DNA of 63,924 bases, the filler included, from Circinaria calcarea (lineage: Eukaryota): the NCBI GenBank assembly GCA_051942165.1. It is 3 parts of 3 records of this genome, joined end to end, with 100 filler letters (N's around TTAATTAATTAA, not from the genome) between each part and the next. Parts side by side here need not be neighbours in the genome. Positions count along the whole stretch, not along the records: positions 23,302 to 46,461 come from JAVECS010000123.1; positions 46,562 to 63,924 come from JAVECS010000271.1; 1 more part is not named here. One strand, 5' to 3'. This document shows, in pieces, positions 38,701 to 51,549 of this stretch. Made by a program: the position numbers and the translations under genes. Every line of letters starts with the position of its first letter. The stretch's first letter is position 1. Below the pieces are notes generated by a model that saw only the letters and a program-made list of their open reading frames with translations, made no database searches and had not been told where the DNA came from.

Positions 38701-41161
38701 TGTCCTCTATGATGGACGAGACGAAGTCATTGAGAATAAGCCTGCTCAAAACGAGACCAAGGTAGAACTGAGTAACTGTCGTCTCTACGGGCCAAGTTAT
38801 CGGTTACTCCCGAAACGTTCGTGGCTCAAACACTGCAGTGGGCGAGACGAAATGTGCCAACAAGTCCTCAACGACGAATGGGCATCGCATCCTACCTGGG
38901 CCTCGGAGGATTCGGGCTTTGTTGCTCACCGAAAGAATCAGTTCGAAGAAGCGTTGCACCGAATGGAAGAGGAGCGGCATGATTATGATTTCAACATTGA
39001 GACCTGCTTGAGGACAATCCAACTGCTGGAGCCAATCGTACATCAAATGAAGGTAATGAACGAGGAAGAGAGACAGTCATATCGCCTACCTCAGGGACTC
39101 GGTGGGCAAAGTGAGGCAATCTACCAACGCGTCATCAAGAAAATCTACGGTCGGGAGCGAGGAAACAAGGTCATTGAGGATATGTTCTTGAGACCGGCCG
39201 CGGTGTGCCCAGTGCTTGTTGGTAGACTAAAGCAGAAGGCTGAAGAATGGAAAACTGGTCAGGTATGTCATCGCACTCTTCTGCACGGTTGGACTCTGCT
39301 TACAGTGGACAGCGCGAATGGGAGAAAGTTTGGAGAGAACAAACCCATAGGCAATTCTGGAAAAGTCTCGATCATCAAGGCATCAGCGCAAAAGCTGATA
39401 CCAAGCGACAATTTCAGCCTAAGCAGCTGCAGAGTGACATTCAGGCCAGATACGAAGAGCAGAAACGTCAGAGAATTGTCAAGTGGGCGGATACGCCGAG
39501 GTATCAATTCGAGTATCATTTCGGCGATACAGAAGTAATTCAGGACACTTGCCATATTCTTCTCGCTCATCTGCATTTCATCCATACACAAAACGGTGGC
39601 GACCAGGCAAAGTTACAAGCCTTTTTCAAAACCTTTGTGCCTGTCTTTTTTGGTCTAGATCGCGACGTATTCCAGAGTAGGATGAGCGACATCTATGATA
39701 CCTCGCCTCCGAACGAGGAGATGGAAGACGACCTACCAATCAATGAGGACTCGACTAGCCATCGCGGTCGCCGAGCTGTCAACGGTAAGAAAGGAAATCT
39801 TTTACGAGGAGTACTAGATCGAGGTCCGAACGGAAAGCCGGGAAGAAAGGACAAGGAAGGCAACGCGCTTTTGGACAGCAAGGAATCTACGCCTGATGTT
39901 ACCTCTGTGGAAGACGACCCTACAACGCCAGCAGATACGTCTACCGATCAGTCTTCTCGCATAGACAATACGGAGCATCGATGGATGGAGCATCCACCAA
40001 ACGCACGCAATAGGCTGGATCTCAGACATAACGAGCCATTCCCGCGTGATTCTTTCAGTCTCTATGCCAACGTAAATATTTACTGCTTCATGAGGATGTT
40101 TCAACTGCTCTACGAGCGGTTGCTAAAAATCAAAGAGGCGGAGGAGCAGGTCCATGAGAGTGTGCGCCGGGCCAAGGCTTTCAAGCCAGCGTTTGACCTC
40201 AAGATAGCAGACAAAAGTCCTTCCGACTTCTTTGTGGACACGAGTCCCAATGCCAGTTATTACCAACAAGTCCTCAAGATGTGTGAGGGTGTCGTCAAGG
40301 GCGAAGATGATATGGTTCACCTCGAAGATACTTTGAGGCGCTTCTACTTGCAGCATGGATGGCAATTGTTCAACTTCGACAAGATATTAGCATCAATCAC
40401 CCGGTTCGCTATGCAGCTCGTTGTCAGTGACACCAAAGACAAGAGTAATGAAATCATCAACCTTTTCTACAAGAATCGCAAGGAGAATGAGACGACCCAT
40501 CAAGCCGAGATTGATTACCGCAAGCAGGTAGAAAAACTTGCCAAGGATAGCGACATATATCGCATCGTTTATGTACGTATCTTCTCAGTCCGCTATGACG
40601 TTTTGAAACATACTTACCCAACCGCAGAACCAAGTCAGCCGGCGTGCGACTATCCAGATCTTCAAGAGAGAGGATAAGACCTTCGAGACCGACGAAATGA
40701 CGGTAGAAGCCATGTGGTCCTACTACATCTCCTCGTACGTCATGCGGGACCGGACTGAAGGTGTTCCTCACGCCATCCAGTGGCCTTATTTGCGTCGAAA
40801 TTTACCTTCCAAGCTCCATACGGAGGAAGATTACAATGCTGTATATTTGCCGCAATGGAATGAGGATGGCCTAGTGATCCGGATCTGTCCCAATAGTTAT
40901 CATCTCCTGTATGATAGCGGAACTACCGATTGGTGGGTGCATCACGACAAGGTCCGCCGAAGAGGGTTGAAATCGATCAAGGATGTCAAAGAAGAAAGAG
41001 ATCGTAAGTTCCGGGAAAAGTTCTGTGACAGCAATAAGTGGATGCAAGGCATGAATCCAGACGAAATCGCAAGAGTCAGCAAAGGCTTCGAGAATTGGCC
41101 AAGCTCTGGATCAGCGGCGGCGGAGGAAGGGATCGCATCAGGTAATTCTGCAATCGCATAA
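35714..41161 (+). CDS. SIN3: Transcriptional co-repressor Sin3 (multi-exon)
   Basis: PAH1 [10 protein letters not shown]...[17 protein letters not shown]2 [17 protein letters not shown]3 [10 protein letters not shown], and the HDAC-interaction domain GPSYRLLP...CSGRDEMC...HPTWASED. Start at 35714 is inferred from two 5' introns. Confidence 0.95.
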
Positions 41162-42132
41162 AGGTTCGTGACGAGAACATGATTGGATTGGGCTTAGAGG
41201 GCGGGAAATGCTATCTCGATGTTGCTTGGTTTTTATCTAGGCGTGATAGTATGAAGAGTTGTGCTTGGACAAGGTGCATTGGAAATGCGAGTACCCATGA
41301 AGTCAGTTGGCAGCCATGGACGCTGTTTGTGGATAGGAGATCTATGATAGGATGGTTTGCTTCTATGGTGGAAGACGACGGATCTACGAGGCTTAAAACA
41401 TGATGGTTTTGTAATACAAGTCACAACGTGATTGAATGAGCCAAGGATATGATGTGTGTTCCAAGACCATTCATTGTAAAGCTTGAGGCGAATCGTCTCG
41501 CAGAAATGCGGGCTTGTTGTGCCATCCAAGTTTGTGCCACAACATCTGGTGCGAGCTATTCCAAGATTATGTACAGGTAAGGTCTCCTTCGACGGCATGC
41601 GATCTGTTTCTCTCCAGTACAGATGTTATTCTAAAAAACACCCTATAAATATTAACATCGATATTCAACCATGCTCCTTAAAAGTGTTCTTTAGGACTGA
41701 GGAGCTTTTATTGAAGGCACTGTCTCTGAGAGACGGAGAAGCTACTTGCAACCTGAAGACCTCGGGGCGATGGAGTGGGAATTCGCCTTGGGTGTTTTGT
41801 CACGGCTTGCGTGGCAGCAAATGAAGTTGGTCAGTGGCGATGATTATGGCGATAACCTGTGGCGCGGCGGCGTATTGTAGGGCCGTAGAATGTAGCTACG
41901 TTTGTCTAGCGAATGCGATGTGGGATGTCACCAAGCGTTCACTAAGCACCAAGGCCTACGAATACTGTCCCCCATAACCTTTCACCATTCTGTCCTTTCA
42001 TTGTTCCCATCTCTCACATGGATAAGGTGCATTGAGTCTTTCAGGCACGACACCCAATTCATTCCTCCAGTTCCCATACCTACAAGAATCTCTTTAGGCG
42101 CATGAAGCTGCCTTTGGACTAAGGAGGATACT

Positions 42133-45100
42133 ATGGTATGTGCTGTGGTCCACTAGTCGTATAGATTAGGATATCAGCTAAAATTTATTTAACAGGCAGT
42201 CACAAAACGGGCCGGACGCAAGAAGGATAACGCCAATGTAGCTGGAACATTGGGCGGGGGAGGGGGACAGCCCCAGGTGAAGAAAGCCGTCTTCGAAAGC
42301 ACCAAGAAGAAGGAAGTCGGGGTATCAGACCTCACTCTTATCAGCAAGATCTCCAATGAGGCTATCAACGACAACCTCAAGAAGCGGTTTGAGAATGCTG
42401 AGATATACGTACGTTGGCATCATTTGATTCACGTGGAGGCAGCAGGCCTACTGATAATGGGTCCTAGACTTATATTGGCCATGTCTTGGTTTCGGTCAAT
42501 CCATTTCGAGATCGTAGGTATCATCAAGGGCTGGCCTCCCTGGCTCGAAGAGAGAAGCTGATCTTCCGTAGTCGGGATTTATACCGATAAGGTCCTTGAT
42601 TCGTATCGTGGAAAGAATCGATTGGAAGTCTCCCCTCACGTCTTCGCCGTTGCAGAGTCCGCCTACTACAATATGAAGGCCTATAAGGACAACCAGTGTG
42701 TCATCATTTCTGGGGAGTCGGGAGCGGGAAAGACGGAGGCGGCCAAGCGCATCATGCAGTACATTGCGAATGTATCCGGTGGAAAGGACTCTTCTATTCA
42801 GGAGATCAAAGAGATGGTGTTGGCAACGAATCCTCTACTAGAATCATTTGGGAATGCAAAAACGCTACGGAACAATAATTCCTCACGGTTCGGAAAATAC
42901 CTGGAGCTGCAATTCAACGCTCAGGGAGAACCCGTCGGTGCCAATATTACCAACTATCTTCTTGAAAAGTCCAGGGTGGTCGGCCAGATTATGAATGAGC
43001 GAAACTTTCACATCTTTTACCAGTTTTCAAAGGCAGCATCCCAAAACCACAGAGGTGAGCTCCTCTTCCTAGTTCCAAGGCGGAGCTAATAGTAATACAG
43101 AGATCTTTGGCATACAGACTCCGCAATCCTATCTGTACACCAGTCGCTCCAAGTGCTTTGACGTGCCAGGCATCGATGATCATGCTGAATTCAAAGATAC
43201 CTTGAACGCCATGAGAGTTATTGGACTCTCTCAGACTGAACAAGACAATATTTTCCGTATGCTGGCTACTATTCTCTGGCTCGGCAACGTCGCCTTCGTA
43301 GAGGATGATAGCGGCAATGCAGCGATTGGTGATCAGTCTGTGCTTGATTTTGTGGCATACTTACTTGAAGTCGACCCTGCGCAAGTCAACAAGGCCCTTA
43401 CACTGAGGGTGGTCGAAACTAGTCGAGGTGGCCGAAGAGGATCGATTTACGATGTACCATTGAATATCACCCAGGCCACTGCAGTTCGGGATGCCTTAGC
43501 AAAAGCGATATACTTCAACCTCTTTGACTGGATCGTGGAGAGGGTTAATGCCTCTCTTAAGGCTCGAGGGTCTGTGGCAAATTCTGTGGGTATTCTAGAT
43601 ATTTATGGCTTTGAAATCTTCGAGAAGAACAGTTTCGAACAGCTTTGCATCAATTACGTCAACGAAAAGTTACAGCAGATTTTTATTCAGCTTACTTTGA
43701 AGACAGAACAGGAGGAATACGCGAGAGAACAGATCCAGTGGACCCCCATCAACTACTTTGATAACAAGATTGTATGTGAACTGATTGAAGAACGAAGGCC
43801 GCCTGGCGTATTCGCCGCCTTGAACGATGCTTGCGCAACAGCTCACGCAGACCCCAGTGCTGCTGACCAGACCTTTGTATCAAGGTTGAACGCCCTTTCG
43901 TCGAATCCACATTTTCAACCACGACAAGGGCAGTTTATCATCAAGCACTATGCTGGAGAAGTCAGCTACGCCATCGAGGGTATGACGGATAAGAACAAAG
44001 ATCAACTCCTCAAGGATCTATTGAACCTAGTTGGAGAAAGCTCCAACAATTTTGTGCATGCTCTATTCCCTCACCAAGTCAATCAGGATGATAAACGTCG
44101 ACCGCCCACAGCAGGTGATAAGATCCGATCGTCTGCAAATGAACTTGTTTCAACCCTAACGAAGGCTTCGCCATCATATATCAGAACGATCAAACCGAAC
44201 GATAACAAGTCCCCTACTGAATACAACACTGGCAACGTCATGCATCAAATCAAGTATCTTGGACTTCAGGAGAACGTTCGCATTAGGAGAGCCGGGTTTG
44301 CGTATCGACAGACATTCGACAAGTTTGTGGAGCGATTCTACTTACTTTCACCAAAAACATCCTATGCCGGTGAATACACTTGGACCGGAGATGCCCTATC
44401 GGGTACAAAGCAGATCCTCAAAGATTCCAGTATACCTGTCGAGGAATACCAAATGGGTATCACAAAAGCATTCATCAAGACACCGGAGACTCTGTTTGCA
44501 CTGGAAACAATGCGAGATCGATATTGGCATAATATGGCAATCCGAATACAAAGGGCCTGGCGAAATTATTTACGCTATCGTATCGAATGTGCTACCCGGA
44601 TCCAAAGATTCTGGAGGAGAGTCAAGGGTGGCCTTGAATATATTCAACTCCGAGATAAAGGCCATCAAATACTTCAAGGACGTAAAGAGCGTAGGAGGTT
44701 CAGTCTCATCGGATCCAGAAGATATCTAGGTGATTATCTTGGCGTGGGCAATGTGGGCGGGTCTGGAGAATTGATTAGGAAATCAATCAATCTGGGAAGT
44801 AAGTCGCAAACAACTGTTACATCCCATACCTCAACTCACACATGTTACAGGTCACGAGCGAGTACTTTTCTCATGCAGATGCGAACTCTTAGTCACCAAG
44901 TTCGGCAGATCCAGTAAACCAAGTCCTCGAATTCTGGTTCTTGTGGGCACCCTCAGACCATTTGTTAGTGTATTTGCTGATCATCCCGCAGACCAACAAG
45001 AACGTGTACATTGTCGTTCAAGCTATGGTGAATCGACAACTCCAGATAGCTTCAGAACGAACAATTGCTCTTGGTTCTATTAAATTTGTGGGAACTTCTA

Positions 45101-46431
45101 CGCTCAAGGACGACTGGTTTTCATTGGGGATCAGCTCGCCTCAGGAAGCAGACCCGCTCATCAATTGCGTATTTAAAACCGAATTCTTCACTCATCTCAA
45201 GCTGGCCATGCAAGGTGGCTTAAATCTGAAGATCGCTGACTCGTGAGTGGTTTCCGCTTTTCGGTTTGAAGCAGAGAGCTGATAAAAGGCAGAATTGAAT
45301 ACAATAAGAAACCAGGGAAACCCGCAATGATCAAGGCGGTCAAAGACAATACAATACCAAGAGACGATATATATAAAAGTGGTACAATCCATACAGGGCA
45401 AGGAGAACCTCCCAACTCGGTATCAAAGCCGACTCCCAAACCTAGACAGGTGGCATCGAAGCCAATCACGAACGGAAAGTTGCTTCGTCCAGGTGGTCCT
45501 AAGGGTGGTCCATCGAAGTTTCCATCTAGACCGGCTGCTGCTACCAGACCGATTCCGCAACAAATTCCCCAAACCCCACCTCGTCCGCAACCAGCTACTT
45601 CTCAACCTCGACCGATTCCCCAAAATGTCGCAACTCAAGCCCGACCTATCCCTCAGCCTGTTGCAGCTCAAGCAAGACCTATTCCCCAGCCTGCCGCAGC
45701 TCAAGCAAGACCTATCCCTCAACCTGTCACTGCAATTAACGGCGTCAACAATGGGAGAGCCGACTCGTCTAGCTCTGCAAATCGAGCCCCTCCACCACCC
45801 CCTCCCCCACCATCCGAGCCTCCAGCAGCCAGGAAGAACATTTACCGAGTACTATACGATTTCGGGGGTCAAAGCCAGACTGAGATAGCTTTTGTACAAA
45901 AAGATGAGCTTCTTGAGGTGCTTAAGATGGACACCAATGGTACAGCCAATGTTTCTAGTCTTCCCAGTCACTGAACCGCCCATACTAATGGTTCTTCACA
46001 CAGGTTGGTGGCTTGCTAAGAAACTGGACGGTTCATCAGAAGGTTGGACTCCTTCAGCCTACTTAAAGGAAGAACCTGTCCAGCGTCCGACTCCCGCTCC
46101 CGCTCCCACACCTCCACCTTCTCTTCCCCCACCATCAACGAACAGCCGTCCTATGTCCGCAAGAGTCAAACCCGCTCCGCCTGCTCCCCCATCCAAACGT
46201 CCTGCCAACTCCGTAATGGTGGGAGGTAGGAAAGCGGTTCCGGGGCCGGCAACACCAAGAGACAGTGCCGTCAGCATGACGATGAATGGAGGTAGTAGCG
46301 GTGGGGAAAGTGGGAGGGCCACACCGGAGGGAAGTAGAGCGCCGAGTTTGGCGGGAGGATTGGCGGAGGCGTTGAGAGCCAGGCAGGCGAGTATGCAGGG
46401 GAAGCCCAGGGACGATGATGATGATTGGTAG
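42133..46431 (+). CDS. MYO1: Class I myosin (MyoA/Myo1); first coding exon is only ATG
   Basis: GESGAGKT P-loop, [20 protein letters not shown]-site [11 protein letters not shown] motifs, TH1, SH3, and the acidic Arp2/3-binding end DDDDDW*. Confidence 0.97.
45601..45732 (+). repeat. Four copies of a 33-nt coding tandem repeat in the myosin I tail ([15 protein letters not shown])
   Basis: Units begin CTCAA at 45601, 45634, 45667 and 45700. Confidence 0.9.
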
Positions 46432-46461
46432 TTGTTCTTCTCTTTGTGATACGAAAGAATG

Positions 46462-46561
46462 NNNNNNNNNNNNNNNNNNNNNNNNNNNNNNNNNNNNNNN
46501 NNNNNTTAATTAATTAANNNNNNNNNNNNNNNNNNNNNNNNNNNNNNNNNNNNNNNNNNNN
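46462..46561. other. Artificial contig-joining spacer
   Basis: 44 N + TTAATTAATTAA + 44 N. Confidence 0.97.
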
Positions 46562-48500
46562 TTCGCTTCGTACGCCATTTCGTCCTGAGCCGACTCATCC
46601 TCTTCAGCAGCGTTAGCACGGTGTTGAGGCAATGTGCTGTCCTCCAACGCAGATTCCTCTTCTTTCAGATTACTATCACCGGCATCCTTTCCATTCCCAG
46701 CGGTATCTTTTCCGTTGCTCGTGGCATCTCTGGCGGCTGATTTTTCGGCTTGGACCTTGCTGTCGATTTTGTCTTTCTCGTCCTTTACTACCTGCTTTCC
46801 CCTCTTCGTCGCTTCCTCCTGCTTTCTCTTCACATCTTTAGCTTTTTCTCCCACTTTTTCATTGATACCCTTGAGACGGCCCATCGCGCGGTCGATCTTC
46901 TCCTGGATTTCAGCTGGGATTTCCGTCTCATCGTTTCGCTGCTCGTCGTCCATGGCTTCGCGAATCTCGCGCTCAATGCCTTTGATTGCATCCTTGCTGG
47001 ATTTTTCTAGCTTGTGCTCATGTGTAGGATGAGGGGTTTTTGAGCTGGTTCGGCTGATGTATGAGCGAATGAAGAATCGAATGAAGAGCCATCTATAGCT
47101 TATTAGTGCCTAATAATTAATTCATCGTTGAAGAAAGGGCTTCGATAAGATATGGGGACGAAGGAAGGGGCGGGCTCACGTCAAAGGCGCGAGGTAGAGG
47201 ACATTCAGCCATATAGCAAAGGCTTGGCCGGATGTATCGAGACAGTTGACCACCGGGTATTCCAGTCGATATCGAGTTTCCTGTCGAGCCTCTTCGGCTT
47301 CTGGCACTTTGACTGCCTCAGCGCCAAATAACTCGCCCTCTTTATTCCGAACATTTTCAGCTAAACCTTCTTCTCCTGCTGCTCTCAAAGCAATCTTCTT
47401 CAATATAGGCCCTAGGCCAGCTGATGCTGTTGCGGAGACCACTGCCGAGGAAATGGACGACGTTACGGCAGGAATGACCCTTGAAATGTTGTAGGTGAAT
47501 AAATAGGGCGTGTTAACCGGGATGGAGTAGGCAACGAAGAGGTGAGCCGCTGCGTAAGATGCACCTACCACGAATTGTACAATTTGTAATGTCGTTAGGG
47601 TTCGCTTCACAATGACAGGAATAGGGACGGAGAGCGCGGACAAGGTGTAGTACGTATACTAAGATCCTGTTAGCTTCCCTAGGGCTTTGGCTTTAACGAA
47701 ACGCATGACAGACATACCATCAACGCATGTATCCCTGAATTAATGAAGACGAACAGCCATATCGGAGGAGACATATATCTGATACCCGCCCACACGCACA
47801 TCATTGCGCCCGCGTGGTGATACGTCTGTAATATTGAGCTCTTTTTGCCTTTTACGAGGACAATCAGTGTGTCCATGACCTCGTAAAACTTCGAAAGGTA
47901 GAAGAGCCAGCCGTAGTACGCAAGGCCCTCGTTCCAGATGCGTCCAACATCAGTGTTATCCGGACTTCCATTGAGGAGCTTGATGTCCTTATTCGTGACA
48001 CCCCATGCGCTCTTCGAGGAATTGTACGTTGCGGCGTTGCCTAGTCCTCGCGGACCATTGATTTTACACATCGCGTCCACCACCCCCGTTAGGCCATCCT
48101 CCCCGTTCCATCCTGGCCACGCGTGCATTGCAGCATTTGCCATTCCAACAAATGTCCATGCTGAGTAGATGGCAAGGAAAATGTTATGCAAGATCACAAA
48201 AGCGTAGAATGCTCTGGATTTGCTGATACCCCATGGCTTATTGCCTTTTCGGGTATTGTATCGATTGGCAATGGTAACAGTCGTAGCGTAGATTAGGGCA
48301 ACGGTGATTGGGATCTTGACATCCAGGAGTTTGTTGTACGTCTCTGGATTTATATTGAATGGTCGCGCGAGCGTATGGTCGGATATGGGTGGAGAGAGTG
48401 CCTCTGGAAGAGGCGCGGGCGGGAACCGGAAGAATGAGGATGGAGGATGAGTAATGTGGACAGATGGAGCAGAGATAGTAACCGAGGGTACTAGGAACAT
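46562..48500 (-). CDS. GNS1/SUR4 (ELO) family fatty acid elongase-like protein with a charged C-terminal tail (3 exons, 3' truncated by the gap)
   Basis: FYLSKFYEVMDT, LQTYHH, NSGIHALM|YTYY, TTLQIVQF and YLAPLT|WLFIRFFIRSY motifs. Confidence 0.9.
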
Positions 48501-49360
48501 GTTGCAGACTGATCGGTTGTTAGTATCTTGCAGAAGCCACTACCGAGTAATGCGCGAAGTAGAGCTCGCCCACGCGACAAAAGCCAGTTGAGGTGACCCT
48601 AATACCTGTAACTTAAAGCTACCAGTACGTCCAACGGGGCTAAAACGAAAGTTCTCTTGAACATCAGAAATCAGAAGGGCTGCGACCACTGAGTCAACTG
48701 CGCAAAGCCCAGAGCCAATACCCAGCTCCCCCCCAGACAAGAACGTGGATAGAAAGTCGCGTCGTTTGTTCGTGCACCCACTCACCTCCTTGATCAATGT
48801 GCTGGAAGTATTCGACACTCGCTGTTCACGAGCCTGCCTGTCCTCCTGATTGACAAATCCCACTTCCTGCCGTGATCGAAGCGAAACCTGATGGTTTTTG
48901 CCCGCTGGTTGAAGCTGTCGCCTACGTCAGATGGAGCTCATGAAGTTTACTCCGTAAATTGACGCCACAAACAGCTTAAGCGAGTTCTTGTGGGTGGCTC
49001 AAGCTTCATCCGGTTTTAGTTCCACCTACTCCGTACGCGTCGTCAAAAGGGTTTGACGTTACGACACTTTGTACTCTATACAAGTCAGATGGAACCAGGT
49101 ATGCTTGATGGCTCTGCGAAAAGACAGACTGCTGGCTCCAATGCCGTTACGCGTTGAAAGTACCGAGTAGCATCAACAGATGTGGGTAAAACGTAATTGT
49201 GGTTCCTATTCGTCTGCCCATACGTCTTCAACCGGCAACCTATGTCGGTGCTTGCAGGTAGTGTCAGGCTCGATCACTACCTAATTTGCCTTCCCTTCTA
49301 TTATGCATGTGTGGTGGAAAGTATTCTCCCCTACACTCATAAAAGTCACTTGTTTAGGCC

Positions 49361-50862
49361 ATGGCTTCTTTCTTTAAAGGTCAGGTATTGGTGGGCCTTC
49401 GAAACAGCTACAGACTCCTTGAACAAGCACACAAGCACAGCCCCAATGTCTGGATTGGCACTGCAACAGCATCTGGGCCTATCTCTTCCTGGGGGTCCAG
49501 TACTGATCTCAGCCCCGAACTTAGTCCTTGTGCAAACCCTGAATCTAGCGCTAGTTCCAGCCCCATTTTGGGCACAGGTCCATTCGAAAATGCAGATGGT
49601 GAAGGTACGAATGGGTAAGTGGCTCGCGGTGTTTGATTGTTCTACTCTTTTGTACTGTTCGCAGAATCCCTTACCTTTCTAAGCAGGACAAGAGGCATTG
49701 AAAGCAATGTCATCATCAAAACGGCCTCCAAGTATCTCAGAGCAAGAGAAACGCATTATCTGACCCTTCTGCGAGACTGCAAAGATGAGGAGAGACGTAA
49801 ACAAAGGCATATCCGTCAGATGGTAGATTCCATAGCCGATCCGCCATCGATGGTTCTGGAGTACATGGAGGATGACCTTTGGAACCTTTGTGGGCGCCGT
49901 TGCTTCCAGAGGGCTGAAATCAAGACGATAGCTCGTCAACTGTTATCAGCGCTCTCGTTGGCTCACTCCAAAAACGTTGTGCACACGGATTTGATGCCAG
50001 CAAATGTACTCCTCTCCGGAGTGACGGAAGATGGATCGGACCACAGAGATATCATAGTAAAGTTGGCAGACTTTGCAACAGGTAAGTAAGACAATCTCAT
50101 GGTAAGCCGCCTCAATGAGGGTGTAATACTAAGACTTCTTTGCAGCCTCTGCGCCGTCGAATCACGAGATTACGCCTTCATCTTTTCGCGCTCCCGAGGT
50201 TTGGCTTGAGCTTCCATGGGATACCAAAGCAGACATCTGGTCATTTGGATCCATTGTAAGGCTTTCGGCCCTTTTGCTCGACGTTCTGTTCCTAACGAAA
50301 TCCTCTGTAGATTGCCATGCTAATGAAAGGTGTTGGTGGAGAATTACATGGATCGTATGGCAAGAAAGATACGGTAACCGCCGACATGGAGAAGTTGCGA
50401 GCCCAAAACCAGGTGATGGGTAGATACCCAGCCGAATTGCGCTCACGTGCTTCTCAAAAATGGCAATCTAAACTCGAGGAGTTCGACCAACTGGACCAGA
50501 AGAACTTTCCTTGTATATGGCCTATTTCATGTATGCTGCGTGAAATCACGTTGGAAGATAGCCAATTCATAGAGAGGGTGATGAAGCATATCCCAGAAGA
50601 GAGACCGAGTGCGGACGAATTACTCATGGATCCATGGTTCGACGAACCTTCTGGCGAGTACATTCAGGATCTTGATGCTCGCCGCAAGGCCGGTATCAAA
50701 AGGGGAGTGGTCTTGACTAGGGACTCGAATGGGAACATCGAGATTGACATCACTGATGGATCCGAAGCTCCTGGGGATACAGACCGTGATGTTAATCAGC
50801 CCACTGATGGATCCGGACCTCCTAAAGATACAGACCATGATGTCAATCAGCCCATCCAGTAA
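49361..50862 (+). CDS. Divergent Ser/Thr protein kinase-like protein (4 exons; introns about 49615-49663, 50082-50145, 50256-50310)
   Basis: NVIIKTA, MVLEYMEDDLW, VVHTDLMPANVLL, KLADFA, FRAPEVW...KADIWSFG and RPSADELLMDPWF are joined in frame by canonical introns. Confidence 0.85.
50751..50852 (+). repeat. 51-nt tandem duplication in the kinase C-tail
   Basis: CACTGATGGATCCG...GATACAGACC...AATCAGCC occurs at 50751 and 50802. Confidence 0.9.
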
Positions 50863-51549
50863 CCGCGTGATTCGACTTTCCGCCATCACGCCATACCTTG
50901 CATCCGGTTTGAGGTAGTCTATACATCTCAATCTCTAATCATAACAGAGTGGGGCCTCTCAGCTTCTGGTATCCTCGTCGTACCAGACACAAATGGCAAA
51001 TAGATGCTATCGCATGGCTCTACTAATCTTCCCTTGGCGATTCTCGTTACTCTCCTCCCAACGGTAAACTCATAATAGAGCATTGCAAAACAGCCTACTT
51101 TGGATCAATGTACCTACCCAATACCATCCATCAGAACCAGGCAAAATTCCCCTCTCCACTCAAGCAAATCAAATCACACTCACCACTTCTTGCACAATGT
51201 ACAAGACTCTGTACTGTCTTCTATTGACGACGATCCATCTTCTCCTCTCATTCGGTAAGTCGTACAGAACGGTACCAATCAGTTTCTCAATCGAAACACC
51301 TACTAATCTAGATGCCGTATCTCAGAAACTCAAAAGATCCCCTCTCCAACTTCCCTCTCGTCCGACCGCCCTCGCCGTTCCCCCGATATGTTGCATCCCT
51401 ACCTTTTCGAATTGTCCGTGTCTCGAGCACTCACAATAATGAAACAACGAGTCAAAGTCGGAGTCAGACATGCTGTAATTGGGAACTATAGCTAGTCTGT
51501 ACACTTGGCGAAAAGTCCAAAAAGAAATCAGAACTATCCATCGACTTAA

